A DNA stretch of 64,000 bases from Aeromicrobium sp. (GTDB taxonomy: Bacteria > Actinomycetota > Coriobacteriia > Anaerosomatales > Anaerosomataceae). Within the stretch, counting starts at the first letter, position 1; every line of letters starts with the position of its first letter. The notes beneath the pieces were generated by a model. That model saw only the letters and a list, made by a program, of their open reading frames with translations, made no database searches and was not told the origin of the DNA. The translations under genes and the position numbers were made by a program. Below, piece after piece: positions 55,592-64,000 of this stretch. The stretch spans positions 2,011 through 66,010 of the forward strand of contig JADIIM010000058.1 of assembly GCA_015351705.1 (NCBI GenBank), written 5' to 3'.

Positions 55592-56920
55592 TCACAGCGG
55601 CTCCCCTACGAGATCGTATCCCACCGAATCAGTGATACGGACGGTCACGAAGGCGCCCGCAGGAGACGAGACGGCATCGAGCAGCGTGATGCCGTCGACC
55701 TCGGGCGCCTGCGAACGGGTCCGGCCCCAGAGCTGGCCGTCCTCATCGGTCCCTTCGACGAGCACCTGCGCGGTCGTGTCCACACGCTGTGCCGCTCGGG
55801 CGAAGCCGGTCGCGTCGGCGATGTCGCGTATGCGCTGTGCGCGCTCCAGGCGCAGTGGCTCCGCCACCTGGCCGGGCATCTCGGCGGCGCGCGTGCCCTC
55901 CTCGGCCGAGTACGGGAACACACCCACGTAGTCGAAGCCGGCCTCGGCGATGAAGTCCTCGAGCACCTGTGCGTCGGCTTCGGTCTCGCCCGGGAAGCCG
56001 GCCATGACCGTCGTCCGGAGCGTGACGTCCGGCAGCGTGCTGCGTATGCGTTGGAGCAACGCACGATGTGTCGCAGCGTCACCCGGACGTCCCATCGCAC
56101 GGAGTATGTGTGCCGAGGCGTGCTGGAGCGGGATGTCGAAGTAGTGGCAGACGCGCCGTGATGTGGCCACAGCTTCGAGCAGTGCGGGTGTGACGCCGTC
56201 GGGCTGGAGGTACATCAGGCGTATGCGGAAGTCCCCCGGAAGCGCGTCAAGCGCACGCACGAGTGAGGCGAGGTCGGGCGCAGCCGGCCGAGTGCCCGGG
56301 CCGACGGGTGCGCCGTGCCCGTACCGTGCGATGTCCTGCCCCACGAGCACGAGCTCACGTGCGCCGTGTTCCACGAGGTACTCGGCCTCTTGGAGCACCG
56401 TCGCCTGAGGGATCGACATGAAGCGACCACGGATCGCCGGGATGGTGCAGTACGCGCAGTTCCGGTCGCAACCTTCCGTGACCTTGAGGTAGGCGGTGTG
56501 CGCCCCGGGCGTGCGCAGGATGCCCGTGGGTACGCGGCCCGCGAGTCGGCCGGTCAAGCGTTCGATCACGGACAGGAGCGTGTCTTCGTCTGCGACCGCC
56601 ACGAACGCGTCCGGCTCGGGCATCGCCGCGGCCAGGTCGTCGCCGTAGCGGGAGACCATGCAGCCTGCGACGATCAGACGTCGGCCCGGTCGTGCCGGAC
56701 GCCACTCATGCGCGAGCGCGAACGCTTCCTCGATCGACTCCTCGGTGGCGGGCTCGATGAAGGCGCACGTGTTCAGAACGACAACATCGGCGTCGTCGGG
56801 ATCACCGACGAGCCGGTATGCGGATCCTGCGACTGCGGCTGCCATGCGGTCGGAGTCCACCTCGTTCTTAGGGCAGCCGAGGGTGACGAACGCGATGGAG
56901 ACGGAGTCGGAGCGGGACAT
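55592..56920 (-). CDS. rimO: Ribosomal protein S12 methylthiotransferase
   Basis: FVTLGCPKNEVDSD, radical-SAM CDRNCAYC, and a TRAM tail. Confidence 0.9.
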   Translation of the reverse strand: MSRSDSVSIAFVTLGCPKNEVDSDRMAAAVAGSAYRLVGDPDDADVVVLNTCAFIEPATEESIEEAFALAHEWRPARPGRRLIVAGCMVSRYGDDLAAAMPEPDAFVAVADEDTLLSVIERLTGRLAGRVPTGILRTPGAHTAYLKVTEGCDRNCAYCTIPAIRGRFMSIPQATVLQEAEYLVEHGARELVLVGQDIARYGHGAPVGPGTRPAAPDLASLVRALDALPGDFRIRLMYLQPDGVTPALLEAVATSRRVCHYFDIPLQHASAHILRAMGRPGDAATHRALLQRIRSTLPDVTLRTTVMAGFPGETEADAQVLEDFIAEAGFDYVGVFPYSAEEGTRAAEMPGQVAEPLRLERAQRIRDIADATGFARAAQRVDTTAQVLVEGTDEDGQLWGRTRSQAPEVDGITLLDAVSSPAGAFVTVRITDSVGYDLVGEPL

Positions 56921-56927
56921 CGGCTGA

Positions 56928-57425
56928 TCAGCGGTAGTTCACGAACTGGAGCGGGATACCGTAGTCGCGCTCCTTGATGAACGCGATGACGGCCTGGAGC
57001 TCGTCGCGGCTCGGGCTGAAGACGCGGAGCTTGTCGCCCTCGATCTGGACCTTGACCTTGAACTTCTGGTCGCGGACCTCCTTGTTGATGCGTCGGGCGA
57101 TCTCGGCGTCTATGCCGTTGACGATAGTGCCTGTGCGGCGCGCCGAGCCACCGGAGGCGTCCTCGACCTTCCCCCATTCGACGGCCTTGAGGTCGATGCT
57201 GCGGCGCACGAGCTTGCCGTCCAGGATGTCCTTGACCTGGCCCAGCACGAAATCGCTCGGCGCGCTCAATGTGACCGTTCCGGCTGCGCGGTCGAACGAG
57301 ACCGCCGAGCCGGTGCCCTTCAGGTCGTAGCGCTGCGTGATCTCCTTGGCAGTCTGCTGGACGGCGTTGTCGACCTCCTGCAGGTCCACCTGGGAAACGA
57401 CGTCGAAACTCTGGTCCTTGGCCAT
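56928..57425 (-). CDS. yajQ: YajQ-family nucleotide-binding protein (UPF0234)
   Basis: SFDVVSQVDLQEVDNAVQQTAKEITQRYDLKG. Length 165 aa. Confidence 0.88.
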   Translation of the reverse strand: MAKDQSFDVVSQVDLQEVDNAVQQTAKEITQRYDLKGTGSAVSFDRAAGTVTLSAPSDFVLGQVKDILDGKLVRRSIDLKAVEWGKVEDASGGSARRTGTIVNGIDAEIARRINKEVRDQKFKVKVQIEGDKLRVFSPSRDELQAVIAFIKERDYGIPLQFVNYR

Positions 57426-57456
57426 TGACTGACTCCTCTTGAGTGGATCGGATCGG

Positions 57457-58215
57457 TTACTCGTCTGCCGCGGTCAGGCGCACTTCGGCGACGCCGGTGC
57501 CGACTGGGACGTCGACCGGATCGCCATCGCGAGTGATGCTCACCGACTGTGGGCGGCCGACACGTACGATGGCTTCCTCAGACACGCTGAAGGTCTTCTC
57601 CTGGCCGCCTGGCAGCGTTCCTTCGTATGCGGTGAGGCCGTCGACGGTCACGGAAAGCCAGGAGGATTCGCCAGCTCTCACCGAGATCACGAGCTCGAAC
57701 GCATCGCCGAGCCCCTCGCTCACCGTACCCGTGGTGACGGTCGCCTCGTCGGCCGGCACGCCCGGCAGCGTCGTGGCGTCGACCGACGGGGATGGCGTGA
57801 CGGGCGGGATCGGTGGAGGCGAGTCATCGCGACCGACCAGCGCGGCGATGCCCCAGATCACCAGGGCTATCAGCGGCACGATCACAGCAAGGGCGATCCA
57901 CACGGTCCTGGGCACAGCGTGGACCTCACGGCGGTGCGGGACGATCGCACGGTCAGGGATATGCATCACCGGCGCCGGCGTGTGGGCGTCCCGATCGCGT
58001 CGGTACTCGTCGAGCAGCGGCGCGGGATCGAGGCCGAGCACCTCGGCGTAGTTCTGGATGTAGCCCTTCACGTACACAGGTGCAGGGAGCTCGTCCCAGC
58101 GCTCGTGTTCAAGCGCATCGAGCAGCCGGCCCATGATCCGGGTCTGGGCCTGGATCTCCGTGAGCGTCTTGTTCTGGCTGCGGCGCTCGGCAGCCAGTGT
58201 CTTCCCGACCGGCAC
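57457..58215 (-). CDS. RodZ-like protein (Xre HTH + TM + DUF4115-like C-terminus)
   Basis: GKTLAAERRSQNKTLTEIQAQTRI..YVKGYIQNYAEVLGLDP, a central TM helix, and a C-terminal beta-rich domain. The GTG follows GGGAAGGGGG. Confidence 0.8.
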   Translation of the reverse strand: MPVGKTLAAERRSQNKTLTEIQAQTRIMGRLLDALEHERWDELPAPVYVKGYIQNYAEVLGLDPAPLLDEYRRDRDAHTPAPVMHIPDRAIVPHRREVHAVPRTVWIALAVIVPLIALVIWGIAALVGRDDSPPPIPPVTPSPSVDATTLPGVPADEATVTTGTVSEGLGDAFELVISVRAGESSWLSVTVDGLTAYEGTLPGGQEKTFSVSEEAIVRVGRPQSVSITRDGDPVDVPVGTGVAEVRLTAADE

Positions 58216-58246
58216 CGCATGCCCCCTTCCCGCAACACCCGTCGTA

Positions 58247-60475
58247 TCAGTCGTCTTCCGCGCGCTCCTCGCGCTCGAACAGCTTCAGCGCCTCGAGCTC
58301 CTCCACGTCCACGAGGACCTCGCGCGGCTTGCTGCCGTCGGGCGGACCGACGATGCCCTTCGCCTCGAGCATGTCCATGATCCGTCCTGCCCGAGCATAC
58401 CCGACCTTGAGGCGGCGCTGTAGCATCGACGTGGAACCCATCCCGCTGGTCACCACGATGTCGGCTGCCTCCCAGATGAGCGGGTCGTCGTCATCGGCGC
58501 TTTCGAGGGTGCCGGTGGCGCCAGTGACCTTGAGATGGAGGATCTCCTCGTGGTAGACGGGCTCGGCCTGCCCCTTGACATGGGTGACGACCGCGCTGAT
58601 CTCCTCCTCGGTCACGAACGCGCCCTGGATGCGTCGTGGCTTAGGCCATGCCGGGGTGGAGAACAGCATGTCGCCCTGGCCGACGAGCTTCTCGGCTCCG
58701 GGCTGGTCGAGGATGACGCGACTGTCGATCCCTGAGGACACCGCGAACGCGATTCGGTGGGTGATGTTGGTCTTGATGAGGCCTGTGATGATGTCGGTCG
58801 ACGGGCGCTGCGTGGCCACGATGAGATGTATGCCGGCTGCGCGCGCGAGTTGCGCGAGGCGCACGATGGAGTCCTCGACCTCCTTGGCGGCGACCATCAT
58901 CAGGTCGGCGAGCTCGTCGATGATGATGACCAGGTACGGCATCTCCTCGGCGCCTTCGGGCGCCTTGCCGTCGCGGACGATCTGGTTGTACTGGGCGAGG
59001 TTGCGCGCGCCGGCGACGCCGAGCTTCTTCAGCCGCGACTCCATCTCCCCCACCGCCCAGTGCAGGGCCGAGGCCGCTTCCTTGGCCTCGGTCACGACGG
59101 GAACGTACAGCTGCGGCACGCCGTTGTACAAGTTGAGCTCGATGCGCTTCGGGTCGATGAGGATGAGCCGCACCTCGGCGGGGGTGGCCCGCATCAGCAG
59201 CGACATGATGAGCGCGTTGATGCACACCGACTTCCCCGTGCCGGTGGAACCCGCGATGAGCAGGTGCGGCATGGCAGCGAGGTCGGCGGCGACCTGCTCG
59301 CCGGCGACGTCCTTGCCGATGGCGAGCAGCAGAGGACGCGGGTCTGCGATCAGGCCGGTGTGCAGGACATCGCCGAGGGTGACCGTCGCCCGGCCCGCGT
59401 TAGGTACCTCGATACCGACGTAGCTCTTGCCCGGGATCGGCGCGAGGAAGCGGATCTGCGGAGCCGCGAGCGCCAGCGCGAGATCGTCCGAGAGCGCGGT
59501 GACACGATTGAGCTTGACGCCCTTGGCGATCTCGAGCTCGTACATCGTGACCGTGGGGCCCGCCGTCCAGCCGACGACCCGGGCGGCCACATCGAAGGTC
59601 GCCAGCGTCTGCTCGATGAGGTCGGCGGTGTGGCGGAGCTCCTTCTCGGAGGCCCGGTGTTGGGCCGCGGTCTCGGGGGTGCGCACGAGTGCGCCCACCG
59701 GTGGCAGCTCATACCCTTCAAGGGACCGCTGGCGGGCGGGAGCCGGTGTCGGAGCGGTGGGTCTCGACGCCTCGGGGTCGGACTGCTTGCGCGCTCGGCG
59801 TGCCGAGCCTGTGGGCTCAGCGGTGAACCCCGGCTCGGTCTCGAAGCTGTCGAGAGGCACCGTCTTGGTGGCGCGACGCCGGGTCGCGGGCTGCGGCTCC
59901 TCGGAGGGCTCGGGACCGCGGATGGCGTCGGTCAGGCGCGAGACCGCATCGGAGATCGAGAGTCCCGCCACCACGAGGCCGATCAGTGCGACTGCCACGG
60001 TGACCACGTAGGCGATGGCGGCGCCGAGCAGTCCGCGCAGCGTCCACGCGACCGCTCCCCCTACGTAGCCGCCCGTCTGCGAGAGCACGGCCGAGTCCCA
60101 CTGTGTGGTGGGCTCGTTGCCGATGGCCACACCGGTGATGATCGCGAGCAGGATGAGCCCCAGCCCCGCACCGACCCGGATCTCGTCGACTCGGACCGAG
60201 CGCACGAAGAACGTGGCCGCCCAGAGCATCGCGAGGAATGGGAGTACGTATGCGCCGATGCCGAATCCGTGGCGGCTCGCGCTCGAGACGAGTCGCGGAA
60301 CCACACCCGAGGATTGGGTGAGCAACGCGATGGCAAGAGCGATAGCACTTGCCGCGAGCACGATTCCGATGATCTCGTGGCGGCTCTCGGCGTCGATGAC
60401 CGGAGGTGGCGCCTGCCGCTTGACGGTGGCGCGTCCTGTGGATCGACGCTTGGTGGTCTTGTTGGTTCCCGCCAT
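58247..60475 (-). CDS. ftsK: DNA translocase FtsK
   Basis: N-terminal TM helices. Motor domain with Walker A AGSTGTGKSV. C-terminal winged-helix gamma domain STSMLQRRLKVGYARAGRIMD. Confidence 0.95.
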   Translation of the reverse strand: MAGTNKTTKRRSTGRATVKRQAPPPVIDAESRHEIIGIVLAASAIALAIALLTQSSGVVPRLVSSASRHGFGIGAYVLPFLAMLWAATFFVRSVRVDEIRVGAGLGLILLAIITGVAIGNEPTTQWDSAVLSQTGGYVGGAVAWTLRGLLGAAIAYVVTVAVALIGLVVAGLSISDAVSRLTDAIRGPEPSEEPQPATRRRATKTVPLDSFETEPGFTAEPTGSARRARKQSDPEASRPTAPTPAPARQRSLEGYELPPVGALVRTPETAAQHRASEKELRHTADLIEQTLATFDVAARVVGWTAGPTVTMYELEIAKGVKLNRVTALSDDLALALAAPQIRFLAPIPGKSYVGIEVPNAGRATVTLGDVLHTGLIADPRPLLLAIGKDVAGEQVAADLAAMPHLLIAGSTGTGKSVCINALIMSLLMRATPAEVRLILIDPKRIELNLYNGVPQLYVPVVTEAKEAASALHWAVGEMESRLKKLGVAGARNLAQYNQIVRDGKAPEGAEEMPYLVIIIDELADLMMVAAKEVEDSIVRLAQLARAAGIHLIVATQRPSTDIITGLIKTNITHRIAFAVSSGIDSRVILDQPGAEKLVGQGDMLFSTPAWPKPRRIQGAFVTEEEISAVVTHVKGQAEPVYHEEILHLKVTGATGTLESADDDDPLIWEAADIVVTSGMGSTSMLQRRLKVGYARAGRIMDMLEAKGIVGPPDGSKPREVLVDVEELEALKLFEREERAEDD

Positions 60476-60489
60476 CGGTGTTCAGAGCC

Positions 60490-61293
60490 TCATCCCAGGT
60501 ACTGCCAGACGATGATGCCGAGTCCCGCGATCGCCACATAGACGGCGAACGGGTACAGCGGTCGCTTGCGCAGGTATGCGAGCAGTCCTGCGATAGCAGC
60601 ATACCCGCTGATCGCCGCCACGGCGAAGCCGAGCGCCGAGACGCCGAGGCTCGGCATGACCACGTCCCCGGTGAGCAGTTCGCGTGCGGCCCAGACGCCG
60701 GCGAGCAGGATGCTCGGCACGGAGAGCAGGAAGGAGAACCGTGCAGCCTGCTCCCGGTCGAGTCCGACGCCCAGGCCGGCCGCCATCGTCGCGCCGGAAC
60801 GGGATATGCCGGGCGCTATGGCCATGCCCTGCGCGACGCCGATCAGCACGGCCTGCCACCAGTGCATTCGCGCTGGATCGTGCCCGCGCTTGACCGAGAG
60901 CCGCTCGGCCAACGTGAGGACGACCGCGGTCACGAGCAGGAAGACGCCCACGAACCCGACCGCCCCGAACAGCGACTCGAACAGGTCGTCGAACGCAAGC
61001 CCGATCAGTCCTGTGGGGACCGTGCCGATGACGATCAGCCAGGCGAGCCGGCGTTCGGCGGCGCGGGCCGGGTCCTTGGTGAAGAAGCCAAGGACCATCT
61101 TCCACAGGTCATCGCGGAAGTAAACGACCACGGCGAGGAGTGTGGCGAGGTGGAGTAGCACGTCGAAGGCGACGGCCGGCTTGTCCCAGCCGAAGACCGC
61201 CGGGACGATGACGAGGTGGCCCGAGGAGGAGATGGGCAGGAACTCGGCCGCGCCCTGCGTGAGGCCGAGCACTATCGCTTCGAGCGCGGTCAC
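60490..61293 (-). CDS. uppP: Undecaprenyl-diphosphate phosphatase
   Basis: GLTQGAAEFLPISSSGHL and GISRSGATM. Confidence 0.93.
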   Translation of the reverse strand: MTALEAIVLGLTQGAAEFLPISSSGHLVIVPAVFGWDKPAVAFDVLLHLATLLAVVVYFRDDLWKMVLGFFTKDPARAAERRLAWLIVIGTVPTGLIGLAFDDLFESLFGAVGFVGVFLLVTAVVLTLAERLSVKRGHDPARMHWWQAVLIGVAQGMAIAPGISRSGATMAAGLGVGLDREQAARFSFLLSVPSILLAGVWAARELLTGDVVMPSLGVSALGFAVAAISGYAAIAGLLAYLRKRPLYPFAVYVAIAGLGIIVWQYLG

Positions 61294-61296
61294 CGG

Positions 61297-62967
61297 CTAG
61301 ACCTCCATGACGACGGGGATGATCATCGGCCGTCGGCGGGCGGTCTCCCACACGAACTGCGAGAGCGAGTCGCGCAGCGCCTGCTTCACGACCGCCTGGT
61401 CGGTCACGCCCTCACCGGCGGTGCGCTTGAGCACCTTCTCGATGCGAGCACGGGCCTGATCGAGCGTCCCGCCGGTGTCCGAGCCGAGCACGAGCCCGCG
61501 TGTGACGAACTCAACGTCGCCGACGACCGCGCCGGTGCGCCCGTCGATGGCCACGACGATCATCGCGATCCCGTCGCTGGAGAGCACCTGCCGGTCGCGG
61601 AGTACCACCTGCCCCAGGTCGCCCACCGCGAGCCCGTCGACGTAGACCACGCCGGACGGGACCCGCTCGGCTACGCGGACGCCGCTCTCGTCGATCTCGA
61701 GGCAGCTCCCGTTCTCGAGGACGAAGATGTTCTTCTCGGTCACGCCCACCGCCGCGGCAAGACCCGCGTGCGCATGCAGGTGGCGCGTCTCGCCGTGGAT
61801 GGGCATGAAGTTGGCGGGCTTCACGAGGTTGAGCATCAGCTTGAGCTCCTCGGAGGCCGCGTGGCCCGAGACATGGACGCGCGCCATGCTCTTGTGCACC
61901 ACCCGTGCGCCAGCCTTGAACAGGCGGTTCATGACGCGGCTGACGGCCTTCTCGTTTCCCGGCACGGGTGTGGCCGAGATGACCACGGTGTCGCCGCGTT
62001 CGAGCTTGATGGTCCGGTGGTCCCCGTTGGCGATGCGCGCGAGTGCCGAGAGTGGCTCGCCTTGGCTCCCGGTGCACAGCACGACGACCTCATCGGCGGG
62101 AAGGTCGCCGAGCTCATACGCGTCGACGAGGTCGTCGTCGTCGATGTGGAGGTAGCCGAGTTCGCGGGCGACCTTGGTCGTGTTGACCATCGACCGGCCC
62201 GTGACCACGACCTTGCGCCCGCAGGCGACCGCGGCGTCGCAGACCTGCTGGACGCGGTGGATGTGCGATGCGAAGGACGCGACGATGATGCGCTGCTCGG
62301 CGGCGGCGAAGATCTCTCGCAGCGACTTGCCCACGAGGGCCTCGGAATCGGTGTGTCCCGGGCTCTCGGCGTTGGTGGAGTCGCTCATGAGCAGCGTGAC
62401 CCCCGCCTTGGCGGCCTTGGCGAATGCGGCGTAGTCCGTGAAGCGGCCGTCGATGGGGGTCTGATCGAGCTTGAAGTCGCCGGTGTGCAGCACAGTACCT
62501 GCCGGAGTGCGCACGAAGATCGCGACGCCGTCAGAGATCGAGTGGTTGACGGCCATGAAGTCGAGCCCGAAGAGCCCCAGGTTCACATGGCCGCCCGGCT
62601 TGATCTCGCGCAGCTTCGGCTTCTTGATGCGGTGTTCCTCGAGCTTGCCGGCGATCATCCCGAGCGTGAGGGCCGTTCCCAGGACCGGGACCGGCTGGCC
62701 GAGGTCTTTGAGCAGGTACGGCAGTGCACCGGTGTGGTCCTCGTGCCCGTGCGTGATGATGATGCCGCGCAGCTTGTCTTTGCGCTGGAGGATGTAGGTG
62801 TAATCGGGAAGGATGAGGTCGATGCCGGGGTGATCGTCATCGGGGAACATGAGCCCCGCATCGATGACGATCATGTCGTTCCCGTACTCGAGAACGGTCA
62901 TGTTCTTGCCTATCTCGTCGAGCCCGCCGAGCGGGATGACGCGCAGGCGATTCTTCTTGGATGTCAT
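61297..62967 (-). CDS. rnj: Ribonuclease J
   Basis: LRVIPLGGLDEIGKNMTV and the metallo-beta-lactamase motif ITHGHEDHTG. Length 556 aa. Confidence 0.95.
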   Translation of the reverse strand: MTSKKNRLRVIPLGGLDEIGKNMTVLEYGNDMIVIDAGLMFPDDDHPGIDLILPDYTYILQRKDKLRGIIITHGHEDHTGALPYLLKDLGQPVPVLGTALTLGMIAGKLEEHRIKKPKLREIKPGGHVNLGLFGLDFMAVNHSISDGVAIFVRTPAGTVLHTGDFKLDQTPIDGRFTDYAAFAKAAKAGVTLLMSDSTNAESPGHTDSEALVGKSLREIFAAAEQRIIVASFASHIHRVQQVCDAAVACGRKVVVTGRSMVNTTKVARELGYLHIDDDDLVDAYELGDLPADEVVVLCTGSQGEPLSALARIANGDHRTIKLERGDTVVISATPVPGNEKAVSRVMNRLFKAGARVVHKSMARVHVSGHAASEELKLMLNLVKPANFMPIHGETRHLHAHAGLAAAVGVTEKNIFVLENGSCLEIDESGVRVAERVPSGVVYVDGLAVGDLGQVVLRDRQVLSSDGIAMIVVAIDGRTGAVVGDVEFVTRGLVLGSDTGGTLDQARARIEKVLKRTAGEGVTDQAVVKQALRDSLSQFVWETARRRPMIIPVVMEV

Positions 62968-63038
62968 GGAGGGCTGTTTCGTACTCCTTCGGTCGGGTGG
63001 TGCGTGGCTATGACACGCGGCGCGGCGCCGCGTTCCGG

Positions 63039-63932
63039 TCAGTCGATGAGCCCGATGTGGCGCATGATGCGCGCGAGCTCGGCGGTCTGCTCGTCAGTGG
63101 CGGGGATGAGCGGGAGGCGCGTCTCCCCGACCGGGAAGCCGACGAGCTCGAGCGCCTTCTTCACCATGATCGGGTTGGCGGTCATGAACAGGGCCTTGAA
63201 CAGCGGCATCAGCTCGAGATGGATCTTGAGCGCGCGGGTGTGGTCTCCGTTGGCCTGTGCTGAGAGCATCTCGGCAAGCTGCGGTCCGGCCACATGAGAG
63301 GCGACCGATATTACGCCGGAGGCGCCCAGCCCCATCATCGGCAGCGTGTCTTCATCGTTGCCCGAGAGCACCTCAAAGCCCACCGGAGCCCCGTCGATGA
63401 TCGCGGCGATCTGTGTGAGGTTGGACGACGCCTCCTTGACGGCGACGATGTTCTCGAAGTCCGCGGCAAGGCGCAGCGTCGTGGACGCCTCAAGGTTGAC
63501 GACCGAACGTCCCGGGATGTTGTACAGAACGACCGGTACGTCTACGGCCGAGGCGATCGCGCCGAAGTGCCGGTAGAGACCCTCCTGCGGCGGCTTGTTG
63601 TAGTACGGGACCACGGCCATGATGGCGTCCACGCCGAGCGACACGACCTTCCGCGCGAACGCCACGGAGTCGTCCGTGCAGTTGTCTCCGGCGTTGGCGA
63701 TGACCGGAGCGGAGCCATCGACCGCCTCGAGCACGGCCTCGAACAGGCGCAGCTTGTCGTCGTAGAAGACCGTCGGAGATTCGCCGGTGGTCCCGCAGAC
63801 CACGAGCGCGTCGCTCCCCTGCTCGAGCAGACGCAGTGCGAGCTCACCCGCGCGAGGCAGGTCGAGCTCACCGTCGGGCGTGAACGGTGACACCATTGCG
63901 GTGATGAGTCGTCCGAATCGTGGCGTGGGCAT
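63039..63932 (-). CDS. dapA: 4-hydroxy-tetrahydrodipicolinate synthase
   Basis: ITAMVSPF.., VVCGTTGESPT, and YNIPGRS. Confidence 0.95.
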   Translation of the reverse strand: MPTPRFGRLITAMVSPFTPDGELDLPRAGELALRLLEQGSDALVVCGTTGESPTVFYDDKLRLFEAVLEAVDGSAPVIANAGDNCTDDSVAFARKVVSLGVDAIMAVVPYYNKPPQEGLYRHFGAIASAVDVPVVLYNIPGRSVVNLEASTTLRLAADFENIVAVKEASSNLTQIAAIIDGAPVGFEVLSGNDEDTLPMMGLGASGVISVASHVAGPQLAEMLSAQANGDHTRALKIHLELMPLFKALFMTANPIMVKKALELVGFPVGETRLPLIPATDEQTAELARIMRHIGLID

Positions 63933-64000
63933 GATGCGCCTCCCCGAAAGACCGGCGGGCCGAAGGCGGCGGCCGGTCGCGTGTGTCCGTACCGCAGTAT

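Noticed and set aside
57439-63297. Plus-strand ORFs of 313, 594 and 693 aa
   Set aside because: They are antisense to the RodZ-like gene, ftsK and rnj, all of which have unambiguous catalytic motifs. No independent support exists.

Overview
High-GC bacterial chromosome segment; hand-counted 100-nt samples gave roughly 67-74% G+C. It is almost fully coding, with about 66 genes. I see no rRNA, tRNA, CRISPR array, transposase, integrase or phage genes. The backbone is classic Actinobacteria core synteny. On the left: corA end, a CDP-alcohol phosphatidyltransferase plus a large ManC fusion, gcvT-H-PA-PB plus a lipoyl/octanoyl transferase, an FHA protein plus an FtsR-like MerR regulator, and hpt/apt. 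On the right: nrdR, a LysM (ChiZ-like) gene, lexA, hflX, dapL-dapF, miaA/miaB, recA-recX, cinA-pgsA, rimO, ftsK, uppP, rnj and dapA. RNase Y, SpoVS, split glycine dehydrogenase and indolepyruvate:ferredoxin oxidoreductase are Firmicute- or anaerobe-like traits. They suggest a deep-branching anaerobic actinobacterium (Coriobacteriia-like), but that is inference only. The clearest accessory block is 20.9-31.0 kb: iorAB, an ACT protein, two tandemly duplicated substrate-binding proteins, livHMGF and paaK. A second paaK-ACT pair lies at 5.3-7.1 kb, and a lower-GC island at 32.35-34.1 kb carries an orphan processive GT2 synthase. I found no obvious defence or mobile system. The best second-look candidates follow. 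(1) A 104-aa RsiG-like protein carrying a near-perfect c-di-GMP-clamping motif. (2) A LigB/Memo-like-AMMECR1 fusion wedged between miaB and miaA. (3) A GHKL-ATPase/HTH protein occupying the YmdB slot between rny and spoVS. (4) The aryl-acid (PaaK/IOR/ACT/ABC) locus with mosaic duplicated binding proteins. (5) An orphan prepilin plus degenerate-GGDEF membrane protein pair. (6) Several candidate regulatory sites: three SOS boxes, an NrdR-box-like site, palindromic operators and a long rny leader. All calls rest on motifs read by eye from the supplied translations and sequence. No searches were run.
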